From NCBI RefSeq assembly GCF_963921235.1, contig NC_086108.1, forward strand, positions 43,340,001 to 43,404,000: a stretch of DNA of 64,000 nt, in the 5' to 3' direction. The position numbers and the translations under genes are program-made. Under the pieces are notes generated by a model, which ran no database searches, was not told where the DNA came from, and saw only the letters and a list, made by a program, of their open reading frames with translations. Positions 25,824 to 38,320 of the stretch are shown in pieces (the first letter of the stretch is position 1; each line of letters starts with the position of its first letter). This stretch comes from Mobula hypostoma (lineage: Eukaryota).

Positions 25824-28800
25824 GTTTATGTTACTGGGCTAGTTTTCATGATGATTTAAAATCCTATTACTTAAATCTGAATAGTAAAAAGGCAAGTGTA
25901 TGTAATGTTGACTGAAGCTACTGAACTTCTGCTTTTAAAAAAAATACTGATGTCCATTAGAGAAAGAAACTTGCCATCGCTGTCCAGTCTGGTTGACTAT
26001 ACAAATAATGTCAGCCTTAATGTTTTACTCTTGTCTTACTATAGCATTTTAGCAATATGCAGTTCAGAGATAGTTGGGGATGGACAATAAATACAATTCA
26101 TGTCCATGTCCTGCATCTACAGTTCCTTCAATTACACTTATTGAAATAGGACTTGATCTTGGTAGAGCAGTTGATAGAACTCAGAGGGTGGCTATTAGTG
26201 CATGAATTTTTTGGACTTTTGACAGATATTGATTTATCCATCAATCAGTTTTCTAAACCCAAGCATTTACTGATTTTTGAGTTAGTAACAATACTAATGA
26301 GATTTGTTTCTATTGTTCTATTCATGTGGATCTCTGCCACCAAGTTGTACCTATAAGGAGTTTGTGATTACAGTTTTTTTTTGTCCATCCTCAATTCTTG
26401 ATGACCCAGTCAGAAACTCCGGAATTACTAATACCTCCTTGCTTCATTTGCAGCTGATTTAAAAAAAATTATAATTCTTCCAATCACACACAAACACATC
26501 AAATACTGTTTTGAGATTTCTAAATTTCCAGAACCTCTGCACATTTGAAATGATTGTTTTGAGCTCAAAATATCAAAAGACAACACCCTGGAAATGGAAT
26601 TTTTTTTGCTGCTGTAAGTTGAAGATGAGCAACTTTGTGAATTCTTGTCTTCAAATTCTCTGCAAATGAATGCTCAATGTCCTCCTTTCTCTGACCCAGA
26701 TTTGAATATCTTCTGTTTACTATAGTGCAATTATCTGGGTAATCTAATGGCTGTGAGCAAGGCTGGCATAAAATCAAACAGGCTTAACAGTGTTTTCACA
26801 AGTGCTTCTACACTTCCTTGAGCAGAGAAGGCCAGTTATCAATGCTTTGGCAGTTACTTGTCAATGTCCATAGCAAATGTTCAGTAATTTACCTGAAAGG
26901 GAGATTATGAATTAAGCAACACACACAAAAAATGCTGGTGAACGCAGCAGTCCAGGTAGCATCTATAGGAAGAGGTACAGTTGAGGTTTCAGGAATTAAG
27001 TCAGGTTTATGTTAACTAGTCTTATTGCTTTAATGTGTGCAGTTTCATTTACAAACCTTTTGATTTACGATCCTAACTTTGTCGTGATTTGGGTTTTTAA
27101 CATTGGTTGTTTCTGTCGTGATGGAAATTTTTTTTATTGAATTACGCAATCTATTTGGATAGTTGAACAAAGGATCAGAAATAGTCATGTATAATTCAGA
27201 CTCTATTCTGGTTGGTTCCATTTCTCCATATACCATTTTGGGCAACGTACTTCATGCTGCAGAGCTTTGGGCAAGGTGTAAATTAGGTCCTAATATTTAA
27301 ATTGGCAAAATTTGAAATTGCTTAAATCAAAAGAGTAGCTACTATTGTAAAAGAGTGTTTATTTTTGTGAAGGCCTATTGATTTATTGATAATGAAGTTA
27401 ATATTTGACTATTTAAACTGAAATAATTTCCTCTGCTTTTAAAACTAGTTCCTGGCAGAAAAGAAGCTTAATTTTCTATGGATAAGAGTGAGTTAGGTTT
27501 TGTTTTACTTGGATGTTGCTATGGTAGCGAGCCTATAGTAGAATTTTATTGACCTTGCTTTGATCAACAAGCAAAACTTTCAATGTAATTTAAATAAATA
27601 ATGTTGTAGTGTATTGGGGCCATTGTTGTTTCACAATCTATAGGTGAATCTCAGATCTTGCAAGAAGACAGCAGGCACGAAGTTTTTTTTCTTGAGACAT
27701 ATTTTGCTTGACCTGAGTGTTATATAAGCACTTCCTGGGAATTTTTACTGTGCTTTAGTTTTTATGTTCTTGGCAAGAATTGAATTGTGACATTCAAAGT
27801 AATGGGATAAAGGAGGAAGATTTGTGCTTGAGTATTACTTATTTGAACTTGTGTAGAGGTGTCAAAATAAGTTGAATGGTATTGTTTTGCATGATTAATT
27901 AGTTTTTCATTATAAATTAAAATGGTTTTGAATTTGCTTATTAATTTTTGTGGCTTCAACCATTTTGAACAGACATCATTAAACTGTTCCTTTGAAAATT
28001 AGTTGCTTATTATTGTGGTAGGCAACTGTGGTACATTTGTTATAATTTCTGTTTTGTTTAATTTCTGCACACTCTCTTGGGTATTGGTTGTACAATTTTC
28101 CCTCCTTTTCAAAACAATAATCTTGCACTCTCAATTTCAATTTCAACTTCCTACTTCCACAGTTCTCCCCTTACCACTTCAAAGCTGAATCCAACTCTTG
28201 TTTTCTCAAAACTTCTCTTTGAATGACTTTGCAAAAGTTTCTCTTCATGAGTTTTTTCTTTGCATAGTCTTGCTCTATCTGTTGGAGCTGTATGATGAAC
28301 TATGAATATTAATTCATTACTTTGTATTGTGGTTCACTTTTCATATAATTTGAGGGATTTGGAAGTTGCTTGTTAAGTTTCTGAGATGTGTTAAGAAAGT
28401 GCAAAGAGATTACAGTATTTAGTTGTTTAGATTTTTGTTTCTTTTTGCAATCAAGATACATTCTCTGTTTTGTACTTCAGACGCCATGGCCATAACTGAT
28501 ACTTAGCGTTAATGTGATTACAGAATTACTTCAAATGATAGAAGTTTGAGGAGACAATTTACTAACTACTAAAGTATTGCACCGTGAAATATGCCAGCTT
28601 TCTCATTTAGAAATATTAGCTGAGTGAATAAATTGTTTTTCCCGGTCACTCAAGGGTTTATTTTTTCTGGTTCTTTGCACATTCTTTACATGTAATCAAT
28701 CAGGGCATATTGAAGATTCAATTACCTGTGGAGGTAGGGTTATAATGTACAAAGAAGTTTTTTAAAAAAACTTGTAATGAAGTATTTGCAGTTACTGCTA

Positions 28801-30543
28801 TGATTTAGGAAATATCATGTCCAACTTATATTAATTTAGCTTGTTCTGGTATTTTAATTTCAAAATCATTAATTCTGATGTAAGCTGACATTTAATAGAT
28901 CTATTGTATATGGGCCATGTGCCTGTGCCTACCACTGACTTGGAGAAAACCCTTTCTCAAAAGCCACCCATACATATCCCTCTCTCCTTAAATTCCACTC
29001 TTGCCCTTTTTTTTGCTTTGTTCGTCTAAGGCCCTTATGTACTGTAATGGTTATAAGACCATTAGGCATTCAGCCCATCAAGCCTACTCTTCATGGCTGA
29101 TTTATTATCCCTTCAATCCCATTCTTCTGCGTTTCCTCCCGCAATCTATGACACCCTTACTAATCAAAAGCGTATCAACCTCTGCATTAAATATACTCAG
29201 TGACTTATGGAATGAATCCCACCAATTCACCACACTCTGGCTAAAGAAGTTCCTTCTAATCTCTGTTCTAAAGGGATGAGTGATCTATGATTTCCTACTT
29301 TTGGTGTCTTTGTTTTGTCTTTGGCTGTTTTATAATAGCCATTGATGAAATTTGTTTTCACTTTGCCTCCTGAAGTACTTACTTGATCTAACTGCAGGCT
29401 GCTTATTTGCTAATTTGTACGAGGGTGACCAGTGTCCATGTTCACTCAACTCTACCTTCTTCAGCTCTTAATAAACCCATGCTTTTTTTTTTGTCAAACT
29501 ACTTTTCCAGCATCAATGCGATTTCCTTTAATAAAATTTGAAATAGACACTCCATTCCTCATTGATCCCAAGTCCAAAATGTTTTCTTGGTCGGACACTT
29601 TTCACTCCCAGTATTGTAGAGTCACTATGGTATGAAAGGAGCATTGAGGTTTTGCTGGAATTTGCTAAAGCTGTCCCATCAGATTTGTTACTATTTTCTT
29701 TCCACATTTCTCTGTTTTTAAAAATTTTCTCTTGCACTTCTATCCAGGTAAGTTCCAAGTTGTAAACATAACTATAGGCATCACTGCTGCTCTTAATGCC
29801 CTTTTAAAATTTGTTTTATCATTTAATCTCTTTCTCCTGGTCTTTCATCCCTGTTGATCTGTGTAGAAAAGACTGAATGTGGCAAATATCCTTTTTTACT
29901 TTTGAGGACATTTATTTGCAAAACTCCAGTCGTGATGACAAACGAATCTTAAAACTGTAAACTGTAATCACTAATTTTGTTCTTGTTTTCATGGTCATTA
30001 TTTGGTCTGATATGGTACAAGCTTCATCAGGAGATACAAATTGTAAAACAGATGCAGATGACTTTGTGCTCTCCTTCTATCCCAAATAATAATTGATGAT
30101 GTTTAAAGAATTCCTCTTTTTTTTGTCAGTTAATCCACTAAAACTATGGAGGCTAGTTTATACCTTGCCAGTTTAAATGTAAGCATTGCCAGTAAATATT
30201 CCCATAGCTCAACAGAATTGAGAGAGCTTGAAATAAATTAATAGAAATTGTTTTCATACACTCTAGTTCAATAATAAAGTTTGTTCATCAAATGAGTTAG
30301 TAATTTATTTTTATGTTTTATTTTTGTATTTTTTTTTGTGCCAAATAACAGGCTTGTGGTCCTGTTTGAAGATGTTTAACCTATGCTCTGGTGCCCAGAA
30401 TTTTTTTTTTAAAATTCACTACTCTTAGCTTTTTGTTTCCATCAGAGTGTTATTCTTTTCGGCTTGTTGTACAGTGGCATTCAAATATTTTGTAATGTGT
30501 CTGGCTTTTTTTTCTGACATGAACATCTTTATTTTCTCTTTAG

Positions 30544-30636
30544 TCATTTACTTTGTCACGTAAGAAGATTGTTCATTATACCAGCTTCGATCAACGAAAA
30601 CGAGCTAATGCTGCTTACCTAATTGGTGCTTATTCA
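30544..30636 (+). CDS. CDC14A: CDC14A exon 4 ([31 protein letters not shown])
   Basis: KRANAA motif; ctttag acceptor, gtaagt donor. Confidence 0.96.
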
Positions 30637-31119
30637 GTAAGTGCTACATTTTTTATATGTTTAAAGGAGTGACAGATTTATAATAAAACTTGCATTATAA
30701 CTTTAAGCCCAATCCAGCCAAACAAACACCCTGATATTAGAAGTTCTATTCCATGTATGGAGCAGGTACAGCAGGGCATATGCTTTCTCAAGCCTGTTCT
30801 GTCATTCAGTAAGATTGTGCTGATTATCATAACTTTTGATTTTTCCTTCTATGTACAATACACCTTTTTAAATTGGCTCTGAATGATTCTATTCCAGTTA
30901 ATTTTCAATGAAGAATTTCAAAAGCATAAACCCTTCCGAGGAAAAACTCCTTGTTACCTTAGTTTGAATTGAGATTCCAATAGTCATGCAATAACACTTG
31001 GACAATCTCTATCCTTTCAATCGCTTTGAATTTTTTTGGTTTGTTTTAGTAAGATCATGTGCCATTCTCCTAAAACTAGTGTTTGGGTCTAATCTATTCG
31101 GTCTCTCATAATAAAACAA

Positions 31120-31570
31120 TCTCTTCATTTTGCTAGAAGAACTGTGGTTGAGCATAATCTGTGCTGGTGGGAAGAAAGAATTCTTGTTGCTTTGAATCAA
31201 AGCCCTGCTTCAGGACTGGGTATGGAGCATGAACCTAGCCAGCATAAAGAGGAGAGGGAGAATGGAAAGATTGGAATGGGTTAGTGATTTGTGGACCAAG
31301 GATGTGTAAATAATGAAGGGGGATGGAGCAGGGACTTGCTTTCATCTCCCCAACTTTCACCTATTTTTGGCCCACCAATGCCAACTCGTCCCTGACTCAT
31401 CACTCCCTCTCTTTATACTAGCTATCTTCCCTTTCTACACCAATTCCAGATGTACGATTTTAACCTGAAAAGGGGATAATTCCTTTTCTCCCACAGATGA
31501 TGCTTAGTCACAGAAGTTCCTCCAGTACCTTGTTTGTTGTTTGAGTTTCTAGCATCTGCAGTTTTCTTTT
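31120..31570. mobile_element. Old Penelope-like inverted insertion
   Basis: Decayed minus then plus pLTR pieces ending agttcctccag...tagcatctgcag. Confidence 0.5.
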
Positions 31571-31639
31571 CCAGGAATCTCTTCCTTCCATGGCTCCAAG
31601 CAGGTCTTTTTTTTCATGAGGGTCTAAAATTGCACTTAA

Positions 31640-32838
31640 GTTTAAAGTTGTATAATGAATTGAATTGACGTTATTTCTTACATCCTTCATATGTGTGAGT
31701 AAAACTCTTTATGTTGTGTCTCTGTCTAAACGTGCAATTTATAGTAATTTATAATAAATAGTGTATGTACAACAGGACTGTCAATATTACATTGAAATAC
31801 AATTGTATCAGCATGCATCAAGCAGTCTGATGGCCTGGTGGAAGAAGCTGTCCTGGAGCTTGTTGGTCCTGGCTTTTATGCTGCAGTACAGTTTCCTGGA
31901 TGGTAGCAGCTGGAACAGTTTGTGGTTGGGTGACTCTGGTCCCCAGTGATTTTTCGGGTACTTTTTACACACCTGTCTTTGTAAATGTCCTGAATAGTGG
32001 GAAGTTCACATCTATAGATGTGCTGAGCTGTCCGCACCACTCTCTGCAGAATCCTGCGACTGAGGGAAGTACAGTTCCCATACCAGGCAGTGATGCAGCC
32101 AGTCAGGATGCTCTCAATTGTGCCTTTGTAGAAAGTTCTTAGGATTTGGGCGCCCATACCAAACTTCTTCAACTGTCTGAGGTGAAAGAGACGCTTTTGC
32201 ACCACACAGCCAGTATGTACAGACCACGTGAGATCCTGTGTATGCCGAGGAACTTAAAGCTGTTCACCTTCTCAACCCCAGATCCATAGATGTCAATAGG
32301 GCTTAGCCTGTCTTCATTCCTTCTGTAGTCCACAACCAGCGCCTTTGTTTTTGAGACATTGAGAGGGAGGTTGTTTTCTTGACACCAGTGTGTCAGGGTG
32401 ATGACTTCTTTTCGGTAGGCTGTCTCTTTATTATGTGAGATTAGGCCAATCAATGTAGTATTGTCAGGAAATTTAATGAGCAGATTGGAGCTGTGGGTGG
32501 TGACACAGTCATGGGTATACGAAGAGCAAAGGAGGGGGCTTCGGACACAGTCCTGAGAGGCACCTGTGTTGAGGGGCAGAGGTGAGGGATTCCACTCTTA
32601 CCATCTGCCAGCGATCTGACTGGCCCCTGCTACACAAGGGAGGGTGAAGACTGAGCTTCTTGTCGAGTCTGGAGGGAATTACGCTGTTGAATGCTGAACT
32701 GTAGTCCAAGAACAGCATTCTCACATAAGCATCATTCTTCTCCAGATGTGTAAGGACAGTGTGTAGAGCTGTGGCTGTTGCGTCATCTGTTGATCAGTTG
32801 TGTCGGTAGGCGAATTGTAGGGGTCTGGTGTGGGTGAC
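31640..32838 (-). mobile_element. Rex1/Babar-type LINE 3' portion
   Basis: ORFs with [13 protein letters not shown] and QKRLFHLRQLKKFG...TIESILTGCITAWYGNC. Confidence 0.85.
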
Positions 32839-32839
32839 T

Positions 32840-33321
32840 TCCCTATCTTTTGAACTCTATTTTAATCCATAAAGACCAACATTCTGTTTTTTTTTCCCTC
32901 CCTTTTAGCGCTCGTTAAATTTCGTCATTACAATAAGATTTAATTATCTCTTATTGATGGGTGGCAGTTAGAGCTGTCCCAATCCTGCATATGGTGATTA
33001 GCAGAATGTGACCCCTTGAAGTGGAGCTGCCCTGCTCTTTTGCTCCAGTAGGTGTTGCTACTGAGGCTGGCCGTGTGCATGTGTCAGGCTGTCGCGTCCC
33101 AATTTCCGTGATGGCGGATCGGGTCTCGGGTGAAAGCGAGCCTGTTGATTTTGGCGAATGAGCAATTTTATACGAATATATAACCCTGAACTTTGCCTGC
33201 ATTCTGTAAGTTAGCACATTTTAATTTGATGTAGCCAAAAAAAAGTGTTGCTGTAATGCACCGTTTACGCTAATTGGAGGTCACAAACAAACAGAGCATG
33301 AGAGTTTTAGTAGTATATAGA
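32840..33321 (-). mobile_element. Probable non-autonomous Helitron, 5' part
   Basis: Minus strand starts A|TCTATATACTACTAAAACT followed by ctgtttgtttgt; CpG-rich body; no 3' CTAG end found. Confidence 0.45.
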
Positions 33322-33570
33322 TCTTCATTGCTGTTTCTGTAACAAATCAGTTTTACCAGGCAGGGTTGTTGGCCCTGAGCTGAATTCCTGAACCTGGAGG
33401 ACAGTGGACCACTATTAGTCTGGCCTCTACCCTTTGACCTGTTTTGCGTGGGTGACCCTACCAGGAGCTAAAGCATAAAGTCCTGACTCCAGCCAACATA
33501 ACTCTTCAGGTCATTGAAGCATGCAAGCCTTCAAACCCTTCTACAAGGTTGTGATCCTCTTGGAGGGTTT
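33322..33570 (-). mobile_element. Second copy of the RTE-type short element (3'-truncated), with candidate HDV-like fold at 33508-33570
   Basis: Aligns to 6791-7042, without gaps over the first 60 nt; P1 AAACCCT/AGGGTTT is perfectly paired. Confidence 0.7.
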
Positions 33571-33612
33571 AATCAGTAGTTAATAACCAAAATGTGAATA
33601 TGTAATGTAAAA

Positions 33613-34117
33613 CAGTGGACCCCAACCACTGGGCTGTGGACTGGTACCGGGTGGCTGCAAGGAAATGATATGATTTGGCGATATGAGTCAGCTGCACCTT
33701 TCCTCATTCTCTGTCACGCACTGCTGAACTTGAAATAACCTACCAAAACATACCAAATAACACATAAAACCTAAAATCACACTAACATATAGTAAAAGCA
33801 GGAATGGTATGATAAATGCGCAGCCTATATAAAGTAGAAATAATGTATGTACAGTGTAGTTTCACTTAATAGAATCGGGAAGATTAAGACAAAACCGATT
33901 TGTAGTAAAAAAAAATTGGCACATACACACATGCGCGCACAGGTGCCCACGCAAGGCTTCATGGTCATGGTAGTCTTTCTCGGGGTAAACACAAGTGTCC
34001 TGTATTTGACTGCTACTTTTGTCCCTTATTTGGGAGTGAGAAAGTTGGCAACCCTACTTGAACCCCCCACCCCCGGTCGTCCAGTCCGCAAGAATATTGT
34101 CAATATTAAACCGGTCC
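33613..34117 (+). mobile_element. hAT MITE (right end truncated) carrying a Tigger-derived segment
   Basis: Left TIR CAGTGGACCCCAACC; 33733-33883 matches the reverse complement of 54310-54460. Confidence 0.65.
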
Positions 34118-34126
34118 AATTCTGAT

Positions 34127-34634
34127 TTGATGGAGACAGACGTAAAACCACAGAGAAACATCTGGAGAAATTTCTGAAATGCCGGTTCGCTGCCGCTGCT
34201 ACTGTGTGATTGAGAATCTCCGGAGGGAAGGCCCCAAAATCCCCGGCTTTGCCTGCTGCTGGCGACTGAGGCTGAGGTCAAAACGTTCGGATAGAGATGG
34301 TGCTTGGTACTCGGTACCCGGTGTCGGAGAGCTGATCAGAGCTCGAAGTTTTCGGACGACTCAGAGTCGGACTGTGGTCGGGAATGGCAGGGAGAGTTTT
34401 CTTTCTTCTCCCGTCTGCGTTTGAACTTCTTTACTGTGCCTGTTCTTCATCAAGTTATGGTATGGTTGCACTGTTGTAACTATATATTATAATTATGTGG
34501 TTTTTGTTAGTTTTTCGGTCTTGGTCTGTCCTGTGTTTCTGTGATATCACACCGGAGGAATATTGTATAATTTCTTAATGCATGCATTACTAAATGACAA
34601 TAAAAGAGGACTGTGTGTCCTCATAATCTAATAA
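34127..34634 (+). mobile_element. Young non-autonomous LINE-derived/SINE-like element
   Basis: CpG-rich body; 3' ATGACAATAAAA plus (TAATC)-like tail resembling Rex1 ends; possible TSD TCTGAT. Confidence 0.5.
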
Positions 34635-34640
34635 TCTGAT

Positions 34641-35330
34641 CTCGGATTTTTGGATTTTCTCCCCATTTAGAAAATAATCTTCACATTTATTTCTACTACC
34701 AAAGTGCATGACCATGTATTTTCCAACATTGTATTTCATTTGCCACACTCTTGCCCATTTTCCTAATCTATCTAAGCCCTTCTGCAGCCTGCCTGTTTCC
34801 TCAACACTACCTGCCCCTCCACCACTCTTCATAGCATCAGCAAACTTGGCAACAAAGCCTCCCATTCCATCATCTAAATCATTGTTATACAGCGTAAAAA
34901 GAAGCGGTCGTAACACTGACCCCTGTGGAACACCACTAGTCACTGGCAGCCAACTAGAAAAGGATCCTTTTATTCCCACTGGCTGCCTCCTAATTAGCCA
35001 ATGCTCTAACTATGCCAGTAACTTTCCTGTAATGCCATGGGCTTTTAACTTGGTAAGCAGCCTCATGTGGGGCACCTTGTCAAAGGCCTTCTGAAAGTCC
35101 AAATATGCAACATCTACTGCATCCCTTTATCTATCCTTGTAATCTCCTCAAAGAATTCTAACAGGTACATTAGGCAAGATTTTCCTTTAAGGAGGCCATG
35201 CTGACATTGTTCTATCTTGTCCTGTGTCACCAAGTTCTCCATAACCTCATCCTTAACAATTAGCTCCAGCATCTTCCCAACCACTGAGGTCGGGATAACT
35301 GTTCTACAATTTCCTTTCTGCTGCCTCCCT
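34641..35330 (-). mobile_element. CR1 LINE RT fragment
   Basis: ORF 34590..34979 VTSGVPQGSVLRPLLFTLYNNDLDDG...KFAD. Confidence 0.88.
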
Positions 35331-37184
35331 GTAAATTTCCTTGATTTCTTGTTGCACTTATTTTGGATGTGATTGGACTATAAGGTATAGGAGCAGAATT
35401 AGGCCATCTGGCCCATCGAGTCTGCTCTGCCATTCTATCATGGTTGATTTATTATTCCTGTCAACTCTATTCTCCTGCCTTCTTCCCATAACCTTTTGAT
35501 TCTGTTACTAATCAAGAACTGAAGTATACCCAATGACTTGACCTCCATACCATCTGTGCAATGAATTCCACAGATTCATTAGCATCTGGTTAAAGAAATT
35601 CCTCCTCATCCCTATTCTAAAGGGATTTCCTCCCTTTCTGAATCTCTGCCCTCTAGTTCTAGACTACCTATTTCAGGAAGCATACTTTCCATTCCTACTC
35701 CATCTTGGCCTTTCAATGTTCGATAGGTTTCAATGAGATCCCCCTCATTTTTGTAAGCTCTATCAGATACAGGCTCAGAGCTATCAAATGCGGCTCATAT
35801 GTTAACACTTTCATCCCTGGGATCATCCTTGTCTGGACTCTCTCCAATGCCAAAATATCCTTTCTTAGATAAGGTGCCCTAAACTGCTCAGAATACTCCT
35901 AAGTTTGGTCTGATGAATACCTTGTAAAGCCTCAGCATTATGTTGTTGCTTTTGTATTCTAGTTTTTCCTACCACCAACTCACTTGCATATTAACTTTTA
36001 GGGAATCCTGCACAGGGTCTCAAGTTCCTTTGCACCTGAAACTTTGGAATTTTCTCTCTGTTTAGGAATTGTCTATGCCTTTATTCCTTCGATCAAAGTG
36101 CATGTCTGTACACTTCCCAGCAATATATTCCATCTGCTACTTCTTTGCCCATTCTCCTAATCTGTTTAAGTTCTTCTGCAAACTTTCTGTTTACTCAACA
36201 ATACCTGGCTCTGCACCTATCGTTGTACTGTTGCATACTTGGTCATAATTCCGTCAGTTCTGACATATAATGTGAAAAGAAGCTGTCCCAACACCGACCA
36301 TTGCAGAGTACCACTAGTCGCTGGCAGCCAATCAGAAATGGCCCCCCTTGATCCCCCACTTTGCTTCCTGCCAGTCAGCCAATCTTCTATCCATGCTAGT
36401 ATCTTTCCTGTAATACCATGGACTGTTGTCTTGTTTAGCAGTCTTCTGCATCTCACCTTGTCAAAGGCCTTCTGAAAATCCAAGTAAACAGCAACCACTG
36501 ACTCTCTTTTTGTCTAACCTACCTGTCACTTCCTCAAATAATTCCAACATGCTTGTTCGACAAGATTTCCCCTTAAATAAACCATGCTGACTTTGGGCTA
36601 ACTATTTTATCATGTGCCTCCAAGTACCCAAAAACCTCATCCTTAATAATAGTCTTCAACATCTTCTCAACCACTGAAGAAAGTATAATTGACCTCTACT
36701 TTTGTTTTTTGCTTCCCTCCCTTCTTAAATTATTGAGTGACATTTGCAATTTTTCAGTCCTTCATAGCCATTCCAGAATCTAGTGTTTCTTGAAAGATGA
36801 CTACTAATGCCTTCACAATCTCTTCAACTATCTCTTTCAGAACCCTGGGGTGTAGTCCATCTGGTCCAAGAGACTTATCTACGTTCAGATCTTGCAGCTT
36901 CCCAAGCATCTTCTCCTTAGTAGATGGGTCTCCTGACATTCTCAAATTTCTGCCATACTGCTAGTGTCATCCACAATGAACAGTGATTCACAATACTTAG
37001 TGTTGTCTGTAATTTCTTTGTTTCCCCACCCCCCAATTCAGCGTCATTTTCTAGTAATCCGATATCTGCACTCATTTTTTTTACTCTTTATATATCTGAA
37101 AAATCTTTTGGTATTCTCTTTTAAAAAAGCAATAAGGGAGAGAAAAGATGAAATATGAAGATAAGCTAACCAATAATATTAAAG

Positions 37185-38320
37185 TCAGAGTACATTTATT
37201 ATCACAGTATGTACACAGTAAACGGTGTGCAACTGGCCTCAGGCAAGAGAGCACAAGAGCGGCCCCATCTTCATTTCAAAGACGTTTGCAAGAGAGACAT
37301 GAAGTCACTGAAAATGAACATTGAGAGGTGGGAGGACATCGCAAGCGATCGCTCTCACTGGAGGCTGGAACTACACAGAGGTCTAAAAAGAGGAGAAGAG
37401 AAGCTGAGCCTTGCTGCTGAAGAAAAGCGCACTTGTTGGAAAAACAGCACCAAGATAACACTGGAGGACAGTGCCTTCAAGTGCAGTCGCTGCAGCCGAG
37501 ACTGTCACTCCCATGTGGGACTTTACAGCCACAACAGACGCTGCTCTAAAGCAGACTGAAGCAAGACTTTCCAGGCGCAGACCCATGGTCTCGCGAGACT
37601 AATACATGCCACCACCACCACGCAGTAAACAACCCTGAGATTTATCTTCAGACATCATGGAACCTGTTCAAAGCAAACATTAAACACCCAATGCAGAAAA
37701 AAAACAAATCACGCAAATGGCAAAAAAAAGTACAAAACACAATATAAAACATCAAGCCACAGAGTCATTGAAACAGTCTAGGAATATACAGTTGAGTTTA
37801 GTTGAGTTCAATTTAGCACTGTGTTGTTTGTTGACTGCAGGCTGCAGAACCAGGCCACCCCGATCAAAATTGCACAAAATAGTAAGTAGAAACACATATA
37901 ACAAAGTGCAGTGTCCAAACCACAAACCCCGTTGATTAAACCTTGCCCAAGGGTGGTGGGGGGGGGAAGGGCAAAGGACAGAGGGAGGGAACGGACAGAC
38001 AGTGCTGAACATCTGCTCTCCTTCCATTCTTGTCCTCATTGATTTCAATCTTGCTCGCGCTTTAATCAGCAGGATCGGACAAATATAAGAGTCGATCATG
38101 GGCTCGTGACCCATCCCCATTCTTTTTGGCCTCTGGGCTGCACATTCTGCTCAAAACGTCACCAAACCCCCTCAGAGACAGCAAAGTGCCAGATTGCTCA
38201 ATTGGCCCAAAAACACACCTTCAAACTGGAAACCACAGGTTCCAGAAGTAGTTCTGTGAACTGTCTGAAGGATGTTGCCTTTGTTTGCGTTGTTTGCTGG
38301 CACCATCTTCTTCAGCCACT
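37185..38320 (-). mobile_element. Non-autonomous Rex1-related element inserted in the CR1
   Basis: 3' end similar to the Rex1 tail at 45470 (aaag...tttattatca); minus-strand 5' end AAGATGGTGCC; no coding remnant recognised. Confidence 0.5.
37224..37622 (+). mobile_element. 5'-truncated RTE LINE
   Basis: LASGKRAQERPHLHFKDVCKRDM...CSRCSRDCHSHVGLYSHNRRC zinc finger; (CCA)n tail; TSD CAGTAAAC at 37216-37223 and 37623-37630. Confidence 0.85.
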
